A stretch of 40,075 nt of DNA. Origin: an uncultured Gemmatimonadaceae bacterium. GTDB lineage: Bacteria; Gemmatimonadota; Gemmatimonadetes; Gemmatimonadales; Gemmatimonadaceae. The DNA is taken from NCBI GenBank assembly GCA_967720205.1, contig CBQVAZ010000001.1:1-40075 (forward strand), given 5' to 3'. Below are positions 26,807-36,352 of this stretch, piece by piece. Position 1 is the stretch's first letter, and each line of letters begins with the position of its first letter. Position numbers and translations under genes: made by a program. A model generated the notes under the pieces. The model was given only the letters and a program-made list of their open reading frames with translations. It was not told the origin of the DNA and did not search any database.

Positions 26807-27301
26807 ATTCGCGTGAATCGGCAGATTCGCATCAGCCCCGTGCGAGTCATCGGAGCCGATGGAGGTCAGCTTGGCATCATGGAGGTCGAGCGAGCCCTCG
26901 CGCTCGCTGACGAAGCAGGACTCGATCTCGTCGAAGTAGCACCGTTGGCGCGGCCCGTCGTGGTCCGCATCATGGACTTCGGCAAGTTCAAGTTCGAGCA
27001 GGCCAAGCAAGCACGGCAGGCACGGAAGAAACAGCACGTGATCGAGCTCAAGGAAGTGAAGTTCCGTCCGGGCATTGATCAGCACGACTTCGCCACGAAG
27101 ACGCGCCACGCGCGGCGTTTTCTGGGCGAGGGCAACAAGGTGAAGGTCACGCTCATGTTCCGGGGGCGGCAGATCGCGCATCCGGAGTTGGGCCACGCAG
27201 TGGTGGAGCGTGTGTCGAACGAGCTCTCGGACATCGCTAAGATCGAGAGTTCGGCGCGCATGGAAGGGAAAACGTTGACAATGATATTGGCCCCGAAATA
27301 G
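26807..27301 (+). CDS. infC: Translation initiation factor IF-3
   Basis: [23 protein letters not shown] ... LDLVEV ... [11 protein letters not shown] ... [13 protein letters not shown] is canonical IF-3. The track start (GTG 26612) would read through the leader hairpins and terminator. A non-canonical in-frame start fits the known IF-3 habit: ATT 26807, ATA 26759, or else GTG 26813. The exact start is uncertain. Confidence 0.88.
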   Translation: MRVNRQIRISPVRVIGADGGQLGIMEVERALALADEAGLDLVEVAPLARPVVVRIMDFGKFKFEQAKQARQARKKQHVIELKEVKFRPGIDQHDFATKTRHARRFLGEGNKVKVTLMFRGRQIAHPELGHAVVERVSNELSDIAKIESSARMEGKTLTMILAPK

Positions 27302-27314
27302 TCGAGGTCCCGTT

Positions 27315-27512
27315 ATGCCGAAGATGAAAACACACAAGGGCGCGAAGAAGCGCTTCTCGGTCACCGCGAGAGGCAAAGTGCGTCGCCTGAAGGCTTATAA
27401 GAGCCACATTCTCACGAAGAAAACCGCGAAGCGGAAACGGCGTCTGCGCCGGCCCGCGTTCATCAAGACGTCGGGTGAGGCGAAAGTCTTGAAGCGCCTG
27501 CTGCAGGCCTAG
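27315..27512 (+). CDS. rpmI: 50S ribosomal protein L35
   Basis: [14 protein letters not shown], 65 aa, between infC and rplT. Confidence 0.95.
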   Translation: MPKMKTHKGAKKRFSVTARGKVRRLKAYKSHILTKKTAKRKRRLRRPAFIKTSGEAKVLKRLLQA

Positions 27513-27520
27513 GAGAGCAT

Positions 27521-27877
27521 ATGCCTCGCGTCAAATCGAATGTCGTTAGGCTGAAGCGCAAGAAGCAGATCATGAAGGCCGCGCGCGGCTATTACGGTGC
27601 GCGCAGCAAGCTCTGGGGACCGGCCAAGGAATCCGTCGAGCGCGCGTGGCGTTATGCTTATCGCGATCGCCGCAACCGCAAGCGCGAATTCCGCCGCCTC
27701 TGGATCGTGCGTATCAACGCCGCCGCTCGCACACACGAGCTGTCGTACGCCACGTTCATGAATGGTCTACGTCGGGCTGGGATCGAAATAGACCGCAAGG
27801 TGCTGGCGGACATAGCAGTGCGCGATTCCTCGGCGTTCGCCGAGCTCGCCGACAAAGCGCGCGCCGCGCTCGCATAA
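27521..27877 (+). CDS. rplT: 50S ribosomal protein L20
   Basis: [26 protein letters not shown] ... [16 protein letters not shown], 118 aa. Confidence 0.95.
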   Translation: MPRVKSNVVRLKRKKQIMKAARGYYGARSKLWGPAKESVERAWRYAYRDRRNRKREFRRLWIVRINAAARTHELSYATFMNGLRRAGIEIDRKVLADIAVRDSSAFAELADKARAALA

Positions 27878-27902
27878 CGAGCCGGGTGGGATCTCGAGAG
27901 TA

Positions 27903-27979
27903 GGTCAGAGGTCAGAGGTCACAGGTCAGAGCGGAAAACCGCTCGGCTCGCTCAGACCTCTGACCTCAGACCTCAGACC
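27903..27979. repeat. Inverted pair of 4-unit heptamer arrays (GGTCAGA-type / TCAGACC-type) forming a long hairpin
   Basis: Left arm: GGTCAGA GGTCAGA GGTCACA GGTCAGA (27903-27930). Centre: 21 nt containing GCGGaaaaCCGC. Right arm: TCAGACC TCTGACC TCAGACC TCAGACC (27952-27979). The arms pair with 4 mismatches in about 29 positions. Located between the rplT stop (27877) and the pheS start (27983/27989). Confidence 0.9.
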
Positions 27980-27982
27980 TTC

Positions 27983-29002
27983 TTGCCAATGACGCTCGCC
28001 GCTTTCCTCGCAGCCTGTGACGCGCTTCGCGCCGATGCCGAGCGTAACGTGCAGGCGGCAGCTACGCTGGACGAGTGGACAGAAGTCCGCAATCAGCTCG
28101 TCGGACGCAAGAGCGGACGCCTAACGCAGCTCATGGCGCACGTGCCGGGCCTCGAGTCGGAGGAACGCCGCGCCGCGGGTCAGGCCATCAACGCGCTCAA
28201 GGGTGGCATCGATGCGCTGTTGGAGTCGCGCCACGCGGCGCTGAGCACGAGCAGCCGGGACGGACATCCCAAGGACCTCACGCTCCCCGCGCGCCGCGTA
28301 TGGAAAGGGGCACGGCATCCCGTGTCCATGGTCGTCGACGACATCGTAGCCATCTTCCGCAAGCTCGGCTTTACCGTCGCGTTAGGCCCGGAAGTCGAGT
28401 GGGAGTGGTACAACTTCGGCGCGCTCAACTTTCCGGCGAACCATCCCGCGATGGACCTGCATGACACCCTGTATCTCAAGGGTGACATGCTCCTGCGCAC
28501 ACACACCTCGCCCGTGCAGGTCCGCACGCTGCAGCAGTACGAGCCGCCCATTCGCATCCTCGCGCCGGGGAACGTGTACCGTCACGACATGTTCGACGCG
28601 ACGCACGCGCCAGCCTTTGCGCAGCTCGAGGGAATGGTCGTCGACGAAGGCGTTTCATTCGCGGATCTCAAGGCAACGCTCAGCGTCTTCGCGAGAGAGC
28701 TGTTCGGCGAGACGACGCGCACGCGCTTCATCCCGTCGTACTTCCCGTTCACGGAACCTTCCGCGCAGGTGGAAGTGAGCGTCGACTTCAACGATGGCCG
28801 CGGCCCGCGCTGGATCGAGATCATGGGCTCGGGCTTGATGCATCCCGCGGTGCTCGAAGCCGTCGGACTCGACAGCGAGAAGTACACAGGCTGGGCGTTC
28901 GGCATGGGGCCGGGGCGGATCGCGATGGCGCGCTACGGCATCGCCGATATCCGCTTGCTCTACGATTCCGACGTGCGCTTCCTGGAGCAGTTCGCGCGAT
29001 GA
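27983..29002 (+). CDS. pheS: Phenylalanine--tRNA ligase alpha subunit
   Basis: Class II aaRS motifs (HPV ... FRKLGF, RTHTSPVQVR, GMGPGRIAM). The start is TTG 27983 or ATG 27989. Confidence 0.94.
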   Translation: MPMTLAAFLAACDALRADAERNVQAAATLDEWTEVRNQLVGRKSGRLTQLMAHVPGLESEERRAAGQAINALKGGIDALLESRHAALSTSSRDGHPKDLTLPARRVWKGARHPVSMVVDDIVAIFRKLGFTVALGPEVEWEWYNFGALNFPANHPAMDLHDTLYLKGDMLLRTHTSPVQVRTLQQYEPPIRILAPGNVYRHDMFDATHAPAFAQLEGMVVDEGVSFADLKATLSVFARELFGETTRTRFIPSYFPFTEPSAQVEVSVDFNDGRGPRWIEIMGSGLMHPAVLEAVGLDSEKYTGWAFGMGPGRIAMARYGIADIRLLYDSDVRFLEQFAR

Positions 29003-31443
29003 AGTATTCGCACGAGTGGTTGCGCGCGTTCGTGCCGCATTCGCTCACGCCCGACGAGGCGCGCGAGCTGATGACGAAGCACGTTGCGACGGTCGACGCG
29101 ATGCAGCAGCTGCGCGGCGAGCTAGCGAATATCGTCGTCGCGCGCGTGATCGAGGCGGGGCGGCATCCGAATTCGGATCACCTGTGGCTCACGCAGGTCG
29201 ACGACGGCAGCGGTACATTGCTCGCAGTCGTCTGCGGTGCGCCTAACGTGTCGGTCGGAGCGCTGTATCCGTTCGCGCGCACCGGGATCACGCTGCCCAA
29301 TGGCGTGACGATCGAGCAGCGCAAGATCCGCGGCATCACGTCGAACGGCATGCTCTGTTCGGCGCGCGAGCTCGCCTTGGGCGACGACCAGGCCGGGATC
29401 ATGGAGCTGAGCGTCTCGGCGGAGCCGGGAACGCCGCTGCTCGACGCGATGCCGTTAGGCGATGTCCTGTACGAGGTCGATGTGCTCCCCAACCGCGCGG
29501 ACCTTCTGTCACACCTGGGCATGGCGCGCGAGCTCACGGCTCTCACCGGCGTGCGTTGGCACGTGCCGGACGAAGTTCCGAAACTGCCGCCCGTGCAGAA
29601 AGCGATCAGCGCACCTCATGAAGCACATGCGGCCAACGTACGCGTGGCGATTCACGATTTAGAGGGATGCCCGCGCTACATGGGCGTCGTGGTCCGCGGA
29701 GTCCGCGTAGGCCCCAGCCCGGACTGGCTTGTTAGGCGCCTCGCCGGCATCGGGCTGCGCTCGATCTCGAACGTCGTGGACATTACCAACTACATGCTGC
29801 ACGGCTTTGGACAGCCGATGCATGCCTTCGATCTGGCGAAAATTGGCGGAAACGAAGTCATCATCCGAAAGGCATATCCGGACGAGATCATCCTGACGCT
29901 GGACGGCATTGGCCGAACGCTCTCACCGGACATGACCGTCATCGCCGATGCCGAGCGCGCCGTCGCGATCGCCGGCGTCATCGGCGGGAAGGACAGCGAA
30001 GTCACCGAGGCGACACGCGACGTTTTCCTCGAGGTCGCGTACTTCTCGCCGGCCAACACGCGCCGCACGCGTCGCGCGTTAGGCCTGTCGACTGACGCGA
30101 GCTATCGTTTCGAGCGCGGCATCGACCCAGCCGTGACGCCGTTCGCCCTCAACCTCGCGGCCGGACTCCTGGTCCACGTTGCCGGCGGCAGGATCGACGG
30201 AGCGCCTGTCGACGTCGGCAGCCCGCCCGCTCCGCCGCCGGCCGTCTCGGCACACGCATCGCGTATCGCACGCTTGTTAGGCGACGAGATTCCCGCTGCC
30301 GAAACCGAACGGCTGCTCCTGTCGGTGGGCTTCGGCGTGCAGCGCCCCGGCACGGATCGCTTCACAGTCGCGCCGCCGACGTGGCGCGGCGATGTCACGC
30401 GCGAGTGCGACCTCGCCGAAGAAATTGCTCGGCTCCGCGGCTACGATCGCCTCCCGGATACGCTGCGGCCGCAGCTTCCGAGCGCAGTACCGGACCATCC
30501 GCTGTACCGCGTCTCACAACGCGTGCGCGACCGGCTCGTCGCGCTGGGATACTACGAAGCAGTGCCGCTTCCGTTCGTCGCTGGAAACGACGACACGCAT
30601 CTTCGCGTGACGAATCCGCTCAGCGAAAACGAGCCGCATTTGCGTACGTCGATCCTCGAAACGTTAGGCCCGCGTGCTGAGCACAACATGGGTCGCCTGC
30701 AGCGAGACATCCGCTTGTTCGAGGTCGGCGCGGTGTTCGAACGGCGCGAAGGCGCGCTGCCCAATGAAGAAATCCACGCGGGCGCGCTCGCGATGGGAGT
30801 GCGTCAGCCCCCGCATTTCAGCGTGCCGAACCCACCGCTCATCGATGAGTGGGATGCGAAGGCGCTCGCGCGCGATATCGCAGAGGCCGCATTCCCAGGC
30901 GCCACGATCGAACTCGCGCCGCAGCCCGTGGGGGGGGGCTCGCAAGTGCTTTGGGAAGTTCGTCGCGACTCGCAGCCTATCGGGGCCGTCCGGCGACTGA
31001 GCCTCGACAAGCCGGTGTGGGCGCCTGACGTCTACGGCGTGGAAGTCAGTCTCGGCCGAATGGCGAACGAATTGATCGCGCCGCAAGGGGAGCACGCTCG
31101 CGGCCACGCGCCTAACGAAGCACCCCTCGCGGCGCTGCGAACTCGTCCGCTGCCGACCACGCCGCCTGCGGAGTTCGATCTCGCGCTCGTCGTTCCCGAT
31201 GAGCTTCCCGCTGCCAGCGTTGAAGCCGTGATCGCGCGGAGTGGCGGGGAGCTGCTCGAACGCTTGGAGCTTTTCGATCTCTACCAGGGCGAAGGGCTGC
31301 CGCCGGGCTCTCGCAGCTTGGCGTGGCGATTGACCTTCCGCGACCCGAGTCGCACACTTCGCGACAAGGAAATTGAAGGTCGTCGCCAACGCATCATCAA
31401 AGCGCTAGACAACGAACTCGGTGTCAAACCACGTAGCTCCTGA
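28999..31443 (+). CDS. pheT: Phenylalanine--tRNA ligase beta subunit
   Basis: MKYSHEWLRAFV N-terminus, tRNA-binding, B3/4, B5 and FDX-ACB regions, 814 aa. ATGA overlap with pheS. Confidence 0.94.
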   Translation: MKYSHEWLRAFVPHSLTPDEARELMTKHVATVDAMQQLRGELANIVVARVIEAGRHPNSDHLWLTQVDDGSGTLLAVVCGAPNVSVGALYPFARTGITLPNGVTIEQRKIRGITSNGMLCSARELALGDDQAGIMELSVSAEPGTPLLDAMPLGDVLYEVDVLPNRADLLSHLGMARELTALTGVRWHVPDEVPKLPPVQKAISAPHEAHAANVRVAIHDLEGCPRYMGVVVRGVRVGPSPDWLVRRLAGIGLRSISNVVDITNYMLHGFGQPMHAFDLAKIGGNEVIIRKAYPDEIILTLDGIGRTLSPDMTVIADAERAVAIAGVIGGKDSEVTEATRDVFLEVAYFSPANTRRTRRALGLSTDASYRFERGIDPAVTPFALNLAAGLLVHVAGGRIDGAPVDVGSPPAPPPAVSAHASRIARLLGDEIPAAETERLLLSVGFGVQRPGTDRFTVAPPTWRGDVTRECDLAEEIARLRGYDRLPDTLRPQLPSAVPDHPLYRVSQRVRDRLVALGYYEAVPLPFVAGNDDTHLRVTNPLSENEPHLRTSILETLGPRAEHNMGRLQRDIRLFEVGAVFERREGALPNEEIHAGALAMGVRQPPHFSVPNPPLIDEWDAKALARDIAEAAFPGATIELAPQPVGGGSQVLWEVRRDSQPIGAVRRLSLDKPVWAPDVYGVEVSLGRMANELIAPQGEHARGHAPNEAPLAALRTRPLPTTPPAEFDLALVVPDELPAASVEAVIARSGGELLERLELFDLYQGEGLPPGSRSLAWRLTFRDPSRTLRDKEIEGRRQRIIKALDNELGVKPRSS

Positions 31444-31456
31444 TTCGGCCAAAGCC

Positions 31457-31759
31457 ATGAATGCTGGCGCCGCTCTGCGCGAGCTCGAGCAGCTCGTGCA
31501 TACGCTCGGCGACGAGATGGCGTCCTTTCGCAAACGAGCGCAGTCGGCTGAGACGCGCATCAAGTCAATGGAGTCGTCGTCGCAAAGCGGCGATCTGTTC
31601 GGAGAGCAGCGCGTACACGTACTCGAAGAGGAGAACACCGCCATCCGCGCCCGAACTCAACACGCGATCGACCGCATCCGTGTGCTGCTCGCTCAACTGA
31701 AGTTTTTGCGACAACAGCGCGAAGCGGCTGTCCAGGCCATGTCCATAGCCGATCGATGA
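31457..31759 (+). CDS. Small coiled-coil protein, ZapB-like (putative cell-division factor)
   Basis: About 100-aa all-helical heptad sequence immediately upstream of zapA and overlapping it (ATGA). ATG 31457 was chosen. The functional call rests on context only. Confidence 0.4.
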   Translation: MNAGAALRELEQLVHTLGDEMASFRKRAQSAETRIKSMESSSQSGDLFGEQRVHVLEEENTAIRARTQHAIDRIRVLLAQLKFLRQQREAAVQAMSIADR

Positions 31760-32094
31760 GCGAGAAGCGTCATGTCGTGAAGGTTCGAATCCAGGGCGAG
31801 GAGTACACGCTCCGGACCGACGAGGAACCGGATCACGTCGTCGAAGTCGCTGCATATCTGGACCGCGCAATCCAGCGAGTCGCCGAAGCTGGCGGAGTGA
31901 TCGAGTCGGACCGCGCGGCGATCCTGGCGGCCCTCCAGATCACGGACGAGCTGTTCAAGCTGCGCGACAACGTTGGAGAGTCCGAGCAGGCCATGCGCGC
32001 GCTGAGCAGCGAGATAAGGCGATGGCTGCCGCCAGCGAAACGGGGCGACGCGGCCGTCAGCGGCGAGCACGCTGCGCAAGCCGCTCCAGCCTAA
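31756..32094 (+). CDS. zapA: Cell division protein ZapA
   Basis: VKVRIQGEEYTLRTDEEPDHVVEVAAYLDRAI ... LAALQITDELFKLR fits the ZapA pattern (I.G..Y.L ... A..L). Confidence 0.7.
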   Translation: MSEKRHVVKVRIQGEEYTLRTDEEPDHVVEVAAYLDRAIQRVAEAGGVIESDRAAILAALQITDELFKLRDNVGESEQAMRALSSEIRRWLPPAKRGDAAVSGEHAAQAAPA

Positions 32095-32119
32095 GAGCGA
32101 CGCCCTCGACGCCCTCGAC

Positions 32120-32320
32120 GCACTGGAGGCGGTGGGGGCCCCGTCCGTTGCCTTTTACCGAGCCTATACGTAGCTTCTGGCTGCCGCCGCTCGCGTAGGT
32201 CAAAGCGGCAACGGGAGTTAGCGCTCGAGTTACCCGGTTCGCACCCTATGCCGGTGCCACCCCGGTGACACGACCCGTTGCGAAGCCTTTGTGACGGCGG
32301 ACACATCCTCGCACTCGCGG
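32120..32320 (+). ncRNA. ssrS: Candidate 6S RNA (ssrS) locus; boundaries approximate
   Basis: A 249-nt non-coding gap (32095-32343) lies directly downstream of zapA, the position ssrS occupies in E. coli and many other bacteria. Internal complementarity is present, e.g. CCGTTGCC (about 32145-32152) with GGCAACGG (about 32208-32215). No covariance-model check was possible. Confidence 0.3.
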
Positions 32321-32343
32321 TTGTTGACGCGGTGGAGCTATAC

Positions 32344-33939
32344 ATGGCTTCGACTTTCGGGTTACTCGAGGTTGTTGTTGGCGTGCTGCTCATCGTCCTC
32401 GCCGGCACAACCTTTTTCTTTTTAGGTCGAGTTCGCGGTCGTGCGAGTGAGATCGCCTCGCAACGAGCGGCTCGATCCACCGCCGAGGAAACCTCCAAGC
32501 GGATGCTCGGCGAGGCCGAGCGAGAAGCCGAATCGCTGCGCAAGAACTCCGTGATCGCGGGAAAGGAAGAAGTCATCAAACTCCGCGAGACGTGGGAAGG
32601 TGAGCAGCGACGGCGGCGTGAAGAGGTCGAGCGCGAGGAGCGGCGAGTCGACGACCGCGAAATGCAGCTCGACAAGAAGTTCGAGATCCTCGATCAGCGG
32701 GACAAAGAGATTGGTCGCCGCGCAAGCGATCTAGGTCGACGCGAAAAATTCGTGACCGAGCGCGAAGAAGACCTGGAACGCCTCATCAACGACGAGAAGC
32801 GTCGCCTCGAGGCGCTGGCCGGGATGACGGCTCAGGAGGCGAAGCAGCAGCTCTTGCAGCGGCTCGAACAGGAAGCCGAGGCTGACGCGGCCAACCGCGT
32901 ACGCGAGATCCGCGAGACAGCTAAGCGCAACGGCGAACGCGAGGCCAAGAAAATCGTCGCGCTGGCCGTTCAGCGCATCGCGGCGGAGTACACGGCCGAG
33001 ATTTCCGTGAGCTCAGTGGCGCTGCCTAACGACGAAATGAAGGGGCGCATCATCGGGCGTGAGGGACGCAACATCCGCGCGTTCGAGCTCGCCACCGGGG
33101 TGGACGTGATCATCGACGACACGCCCGACACAGTCGTCGTGTCCTGCTTCGATCCGATCCGGCGTGAAGTCGCGCGGCTCGGACTCGAGCGGCTCGTTGC
33201 CGACGGACGCATTCACCCGGGGCGGATCGAAGAAGTCGTCGCCAAAGCGCGCAAGGAAGTGGATCAGAGCATCGTAGAAGCCGGCGAAGAAGCCGCGTAC
33301 GATACCGGCGTGCATGGTCTCCACGCGGAAATGATCAAGCTCATCGGTCGCATGAAGTACCGCACGAGCTATGGTCAAAACATTCTCGCGCACAGCAGGG
33401 AAGTCGCGCACCTGGCCGGAATCATGGCGACCGAGCTTGGGCTCGACGCCGCGATGGCTCGGCGCGGTGCGCTGCTCCATGACGTCGGAAAAGTTCTGAC
33501 GCACGAGCACGAGGGGACGCACGTCCAGTTAGGCGTCGAAGTGGCGACCAAGTACGGCGAGAATCCGCTCGTCGTGAATTGCATTGCGGCGCACCACGAC
33601 GACGTGCCGCACGAGAGTGAGATCTCGGTCATCGTGCAGGCGGCTGACGCAATCTCGGGATCGCGCCCAGGAGCACGGCGCGAAGCGTTCGAGACGTACG
33701 TCAAGCGTCTCGAGGGACTCGAGAAGATCGCGTCGGCGTACCGCGGCGTGGACAAAGTCTACGCGATTCAGGCGGGGCGCGAAGTGCGAGTCATCGTGCA
33801 CCCCGATCAGATCGACGACGCGCGCATGACGTCGCTTGCGGACGAAGTCGCTCGACGCATCGAGGGCGAATTGCAGTATCCGGGACAGATCAAAGTGGTC
33901 ATGATCCGAGAGACACGCGCTGTGGACGTGGCTCGGTGA
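32344..33939 (+). CDS. rny: Ribonuclease Y
   Basis: N-terminal TM helix ([15 protein letters not shown]), coiled coil, KH domain ([15 protein letters not shown]) and HD domain (LLHDVGK). ATG 32344 follows GGTGGAG. The track start at 32278 is unlikely. Confidence 0.93.
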   Translation: MASTFGLLEVVVGVLLIVLAGTTFFFLGRVRGRASEIASQRAARSTAEETSKRMLGEAEREAESLRKNSVIAGKEEVIKLRETWEGEQRRRREEVEREERRVDDREMQLDKKFEILDQRDKEIGRRASDLGRREKFVTEREEDLERLINDEKRRLEALAGMTAQEAKQQLLQRLEQEAEADAANRVREIRETAKRNGEREAKKIVALAVQRIAAEYTAEISVSSVALPNDEMKGRIIGREGRNIRAFELATGVDVIIDDTPDTVVVSCFDPIRREVARLGLERLVADGRIHPGRIEEVVAKARKEVDQSIVEAGEEAAYDTGVHGLHAEMIKLIGRMKYRTSYGQNILAHSREVAHLAGIMATELGLDAAMARRGALLHDVGKVLTHEHEGTHVQLGVEVATKYGENPLVVNCIAAHHDDVPHESEISVIVQAADAISGSRPGARREAFETYVKRLEGLEKIASAYRGVDKVYAIQAGREVRVIVHPDQIDDARMTSLADEVARRIEGELQYPGQIKVVMIRETRAVDVAR

Positions 33940-33943
33940 GGAT

Positions 33944-34867
33944 TTGGTGGCTACGATGCAAACGATGACAGCGAGTGCAGAGCTGATCGACGGAACGGCG
34001 ATCGCGAAGGCGGTGCGTGCCGACGTCGCGCGCGACGTGGCGCTCTTGCGCGATCGGGGGATCACGCCCGGCCTAACGGTTGTCCTTGTCGGCGACAATC
34101 CAGCGAGCGCTGTGTACGTGAGCTCGAAGGAGCGGGCGAGCGTGGAGGCTGGGATGGCAGGCGAGACGATTCGTCTTCCTGCGACGACGACGCAAGCCGA
34201 GCTGCTCGAGCACGTGGATCGTCTCAACGCCGACGCAACGGTGCACGGAATTCTCGTGCAGATGCCGCTGCCGCCGCACATCGATCCAAACACCGTGATC
34301 CGTCGAATTGATCCGGCCAAGGACGTCGATGGCTTTCATCCGGTAAACGTCGGCAAGCTACTCATCGGGGAACGCGACGGCTTTGCGCCCTGTACGCCCG
34401 CGGGCGTGCAGGAGCTGCTCGTTAGGTCCGGAATAGAGACCAAGGGGAAGGATGCTGTCATCGTAGGGCGCAGCAACATCGTCGGCAAGCCGATGGCCGC
34501 GCTGCTGATCCAGGATCGTCCTGGCGGCAACTGTACGGTGACGGTCTGCCACAGCCGGACTCATGACCTGGTCGGCCACGTTAGGCGAGGGGACATCGTT
34601 ATCGCGGCGCTCGGCCGACCCGGGTCCATTCATGGCGACATGCTCAAACCGGGCGCCGTCGTGATCGACGTCGGGATCAATCGAGTCGACGACCCGTCGG
34701 CCAAGAAAGGATATCGCATCGTCGGCGACGTAGATTTCGAGAGCGCGTCGCGCGTGGCGTCGCGCATCACGCCCGTCCCCGGCGGCGTAGGGCCGATGAC
34801 GATCGCGATTCTGCTGCGGAACACAGTTCAGGCGGCGCGCCAGCTCGCTGGGCGAGCGCGGACGTAG
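33944..34867 (+). CDS. folD: Bifunctional methylenetetrahydrofolate dehydrogenase / methenyl-THF cyclohydrolase
   Basis: LIDGTAIAK ... [44 protein letters not shown]. The start is uncertain (33944 TTG, 33956 ATG or 33965 ATG). Confidence 0.93.
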   Translation: MVATMQTMTASAELIDGTAIAKAVRADVARDVALLRDRGITPGLTVVLVGDNPASAVYVSSKERASVEAGMAGETIRLPATTTQAELLEHVDRLNADATVHGILVQMPLPPHIDPNTVIRRIDPAKDVDGFHPVNVGKLLIGERDGFAPCTPAGVQELLVRSGIETKGKDAVIVGRSNIVGKPMAALLIQDRPGGNCTVTVCHSRTHDLVGHVRRGDIVIAALGRPGSIHGDMLKPGAVVIDVGINRVDDPSAKKGYRIVGDVDFESASRVASRITPVPGGVGPMTIAILLRNTVQAARQLAGRART

Positions 34868-34868
34868 C

Positions 34869-36140
34869 GTGTCCTCTCGCCAGAGTGCATCGGGCGAGAC
34901 CCACCCCGAGCTGTTCCGGTCCGGCGAGCGGGAGCGGCAGGTAGTGCCTAACGAAGCACGGCTAATCGAGGCGCGCAAGCCGTCCAGCGATCCTGGCGCG
35001 TCTCCGACTACGGCGATCCAGGTCAGCACGCTGACTGGCTTTATCCGCGATCTTCTCGAGGGCGCGTTCGGGAGGATCTGGATCCGCGGTGAGGTCACGG
35101 GCTTCAAGCGTCAAGCCAAAGGGCACTGGTACTTCACGCTGCGCGACGACAATGCCGTCATCAAGTGCGTCATGTGGGCGACAGACGTACAGCGCGTGAA
35201 AGTTCCGCCGGTCGAAGGTATGTCCGTCGTGGCACTGGGACTCGTTAGGGTACACGAGAAGGCTGGCGAGGTGCAGTTCAGCGTGAAGGCTTTGCAGCCG
35301 GTCGGAGAAGGCGCGTGGCGCTTGGCGTTCGAGGAGACACGGAAACGTCTCGACGCCGAGGGGTTGTTTGCTGCTTCGCGAAAGAGACCGCTGCCGCTGT
35401 TGCCGCGTCGCATTGCGATCGTAACGAGCCAGGACGGTGCCGCACTGCACGACATCGTAACAGTTATTCGCAAGCGTTGTCCGATCGTGGAGCTCGTGCT
35501 CGTGCCGGCTCAAGTCCAGGGAGAAGACGCGCCGAAGGCGATGCGCCGTGCGCTCACTCGCGTAGCGAAATGGCGCGGCGCCGATCTCGTGATCATCGGC
35601 CGCGGGGGTGGTTCGCGCGAAGACCTTTGGGCATTCAACGACGAGATGCTGGCGCGTGCTGTCGCCTCATTTCCCGTCCCGACTATCTCGGCAGTTGGGC
35701 ACGAACTCGATGTTACGATCTGCGATCTCGTGGCCGATCACCGCGCGCCGACGCCGACAGCCGCGGCAGAAATTGCGGTACCTGACTTGAACGACTTGCG
35801 CGCGCAGCTGGTCGACTGCGCGCACGTGCTCAACCGCCAGGTTACCCGGCTCACCTCGTTAGGCCACGAACGGCTCGCGTCGATCACGCAGCGGCTGCAT
35901 GGACGCACCGAGCAGTTGTTCGAGCGGCGTCGCATGCGTCTCGAGTCTTGCGCGGGCCGTCTGGATGCGCTCAGTCCGCTCGCTACGTTCCGCCGCGGGT
36001 ACGCCGCCGTGTTCGGGGAAGACGGACGCTCGATCAGTGACGCGCGCGATGTGAACGCCGGCGATGCCGTGGAGGTACGGATGCGGGACGGGTCGTTCGA
36101 CGCCCGAGTCGAGTCCACAAACTTGCAGACGTCGCCGTGA
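34869..36140 (+). CDS. xseA: Exodeoxyribonuclease VII large subunit
   Basis: OB-fold N-terminus (VSTLTGFIRDLLEGAFGRIWIRGEVTGFK ... HWYFTLRD) and catalytic core (GRGGGS.EDLWAFN). GTG 34943 is an alternative start. Confidence 0.92.
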   Translation: MSSRQSASGETHPELFRSGERERQVVPNEARLIEARKPSSDPGASPTTAIQVSTLTGFIRDLLEGAFGRIWIRGEVTGFKRQAKGHWYFTLRDDNAVIKCVMWATDVQRVKVPPVEGMSVVALGLVRVHEKAGEVQFSVKALQPVGEGAWRLAFEETRKRLDAEGLFAASRKRPLPLLPRRIAIVTSQDGAALHDIVTVIRKRCPIVELVLVPAQVQGEDAPKAMRRALTRVAKWRGADLVIIGRGGGSREDLWAFNDEMLARAVASFPVPTISAVGHELDVTICDLVADHRAPTPTAAAEIAVPDLNDLRAQLVDCAHVLNRQVTRLTSLGHERLASITQRLHGRTEQLFERRRMRLESCAGRLDALSPLATFRRGYAAVFGEDGRSISDARDVNAGDAVEVRMRDGSFDARVESTNLQTSP

Positions 36141-36352
36141 CGTTCGAAAGCTCACTTGCGCGTCTGGAAGCGATTGTCAACGAGCTCAATCGCGACGACG
36201 TACCGCTCGACCGCGCGCTCACGCTCTTTGAAGAAGGCATTGGCCACCTCAAGACGGCGTCGGCTGAGCTGCAGCGAGCAGAGGGCGTTTTGAAGACACT
36301 TGTAAAAAAAGCCGACGGCACGTTCGAAACCGTCGACAAGCTCGATGGTTGA
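36137..36352 (+). CDS. xseB: Exodeoxyribonuclease VII small subunit
   Basis: 71 aa, FESSLARLEAIVNELNRDDVPLDRALTLFEEGI. GTGA overlap with xseA. Confidence 0.93.
   Translation: MTFESSLARLEAIVNELNRDDVPLDRALTLFEEGIGHLKTASAELQRAEGVLKTLVKKADGTFETVDKLDG

Noticed and set aside
30940-30948. G9 homopolymer in pheT, a possible slippage or phase-variation tract.
   Set aside because: It is in frame (PVGGGS) within an essential aminoacyl-tRNA synthetase gene. There is no sign of a frameshift and no regulatory context.
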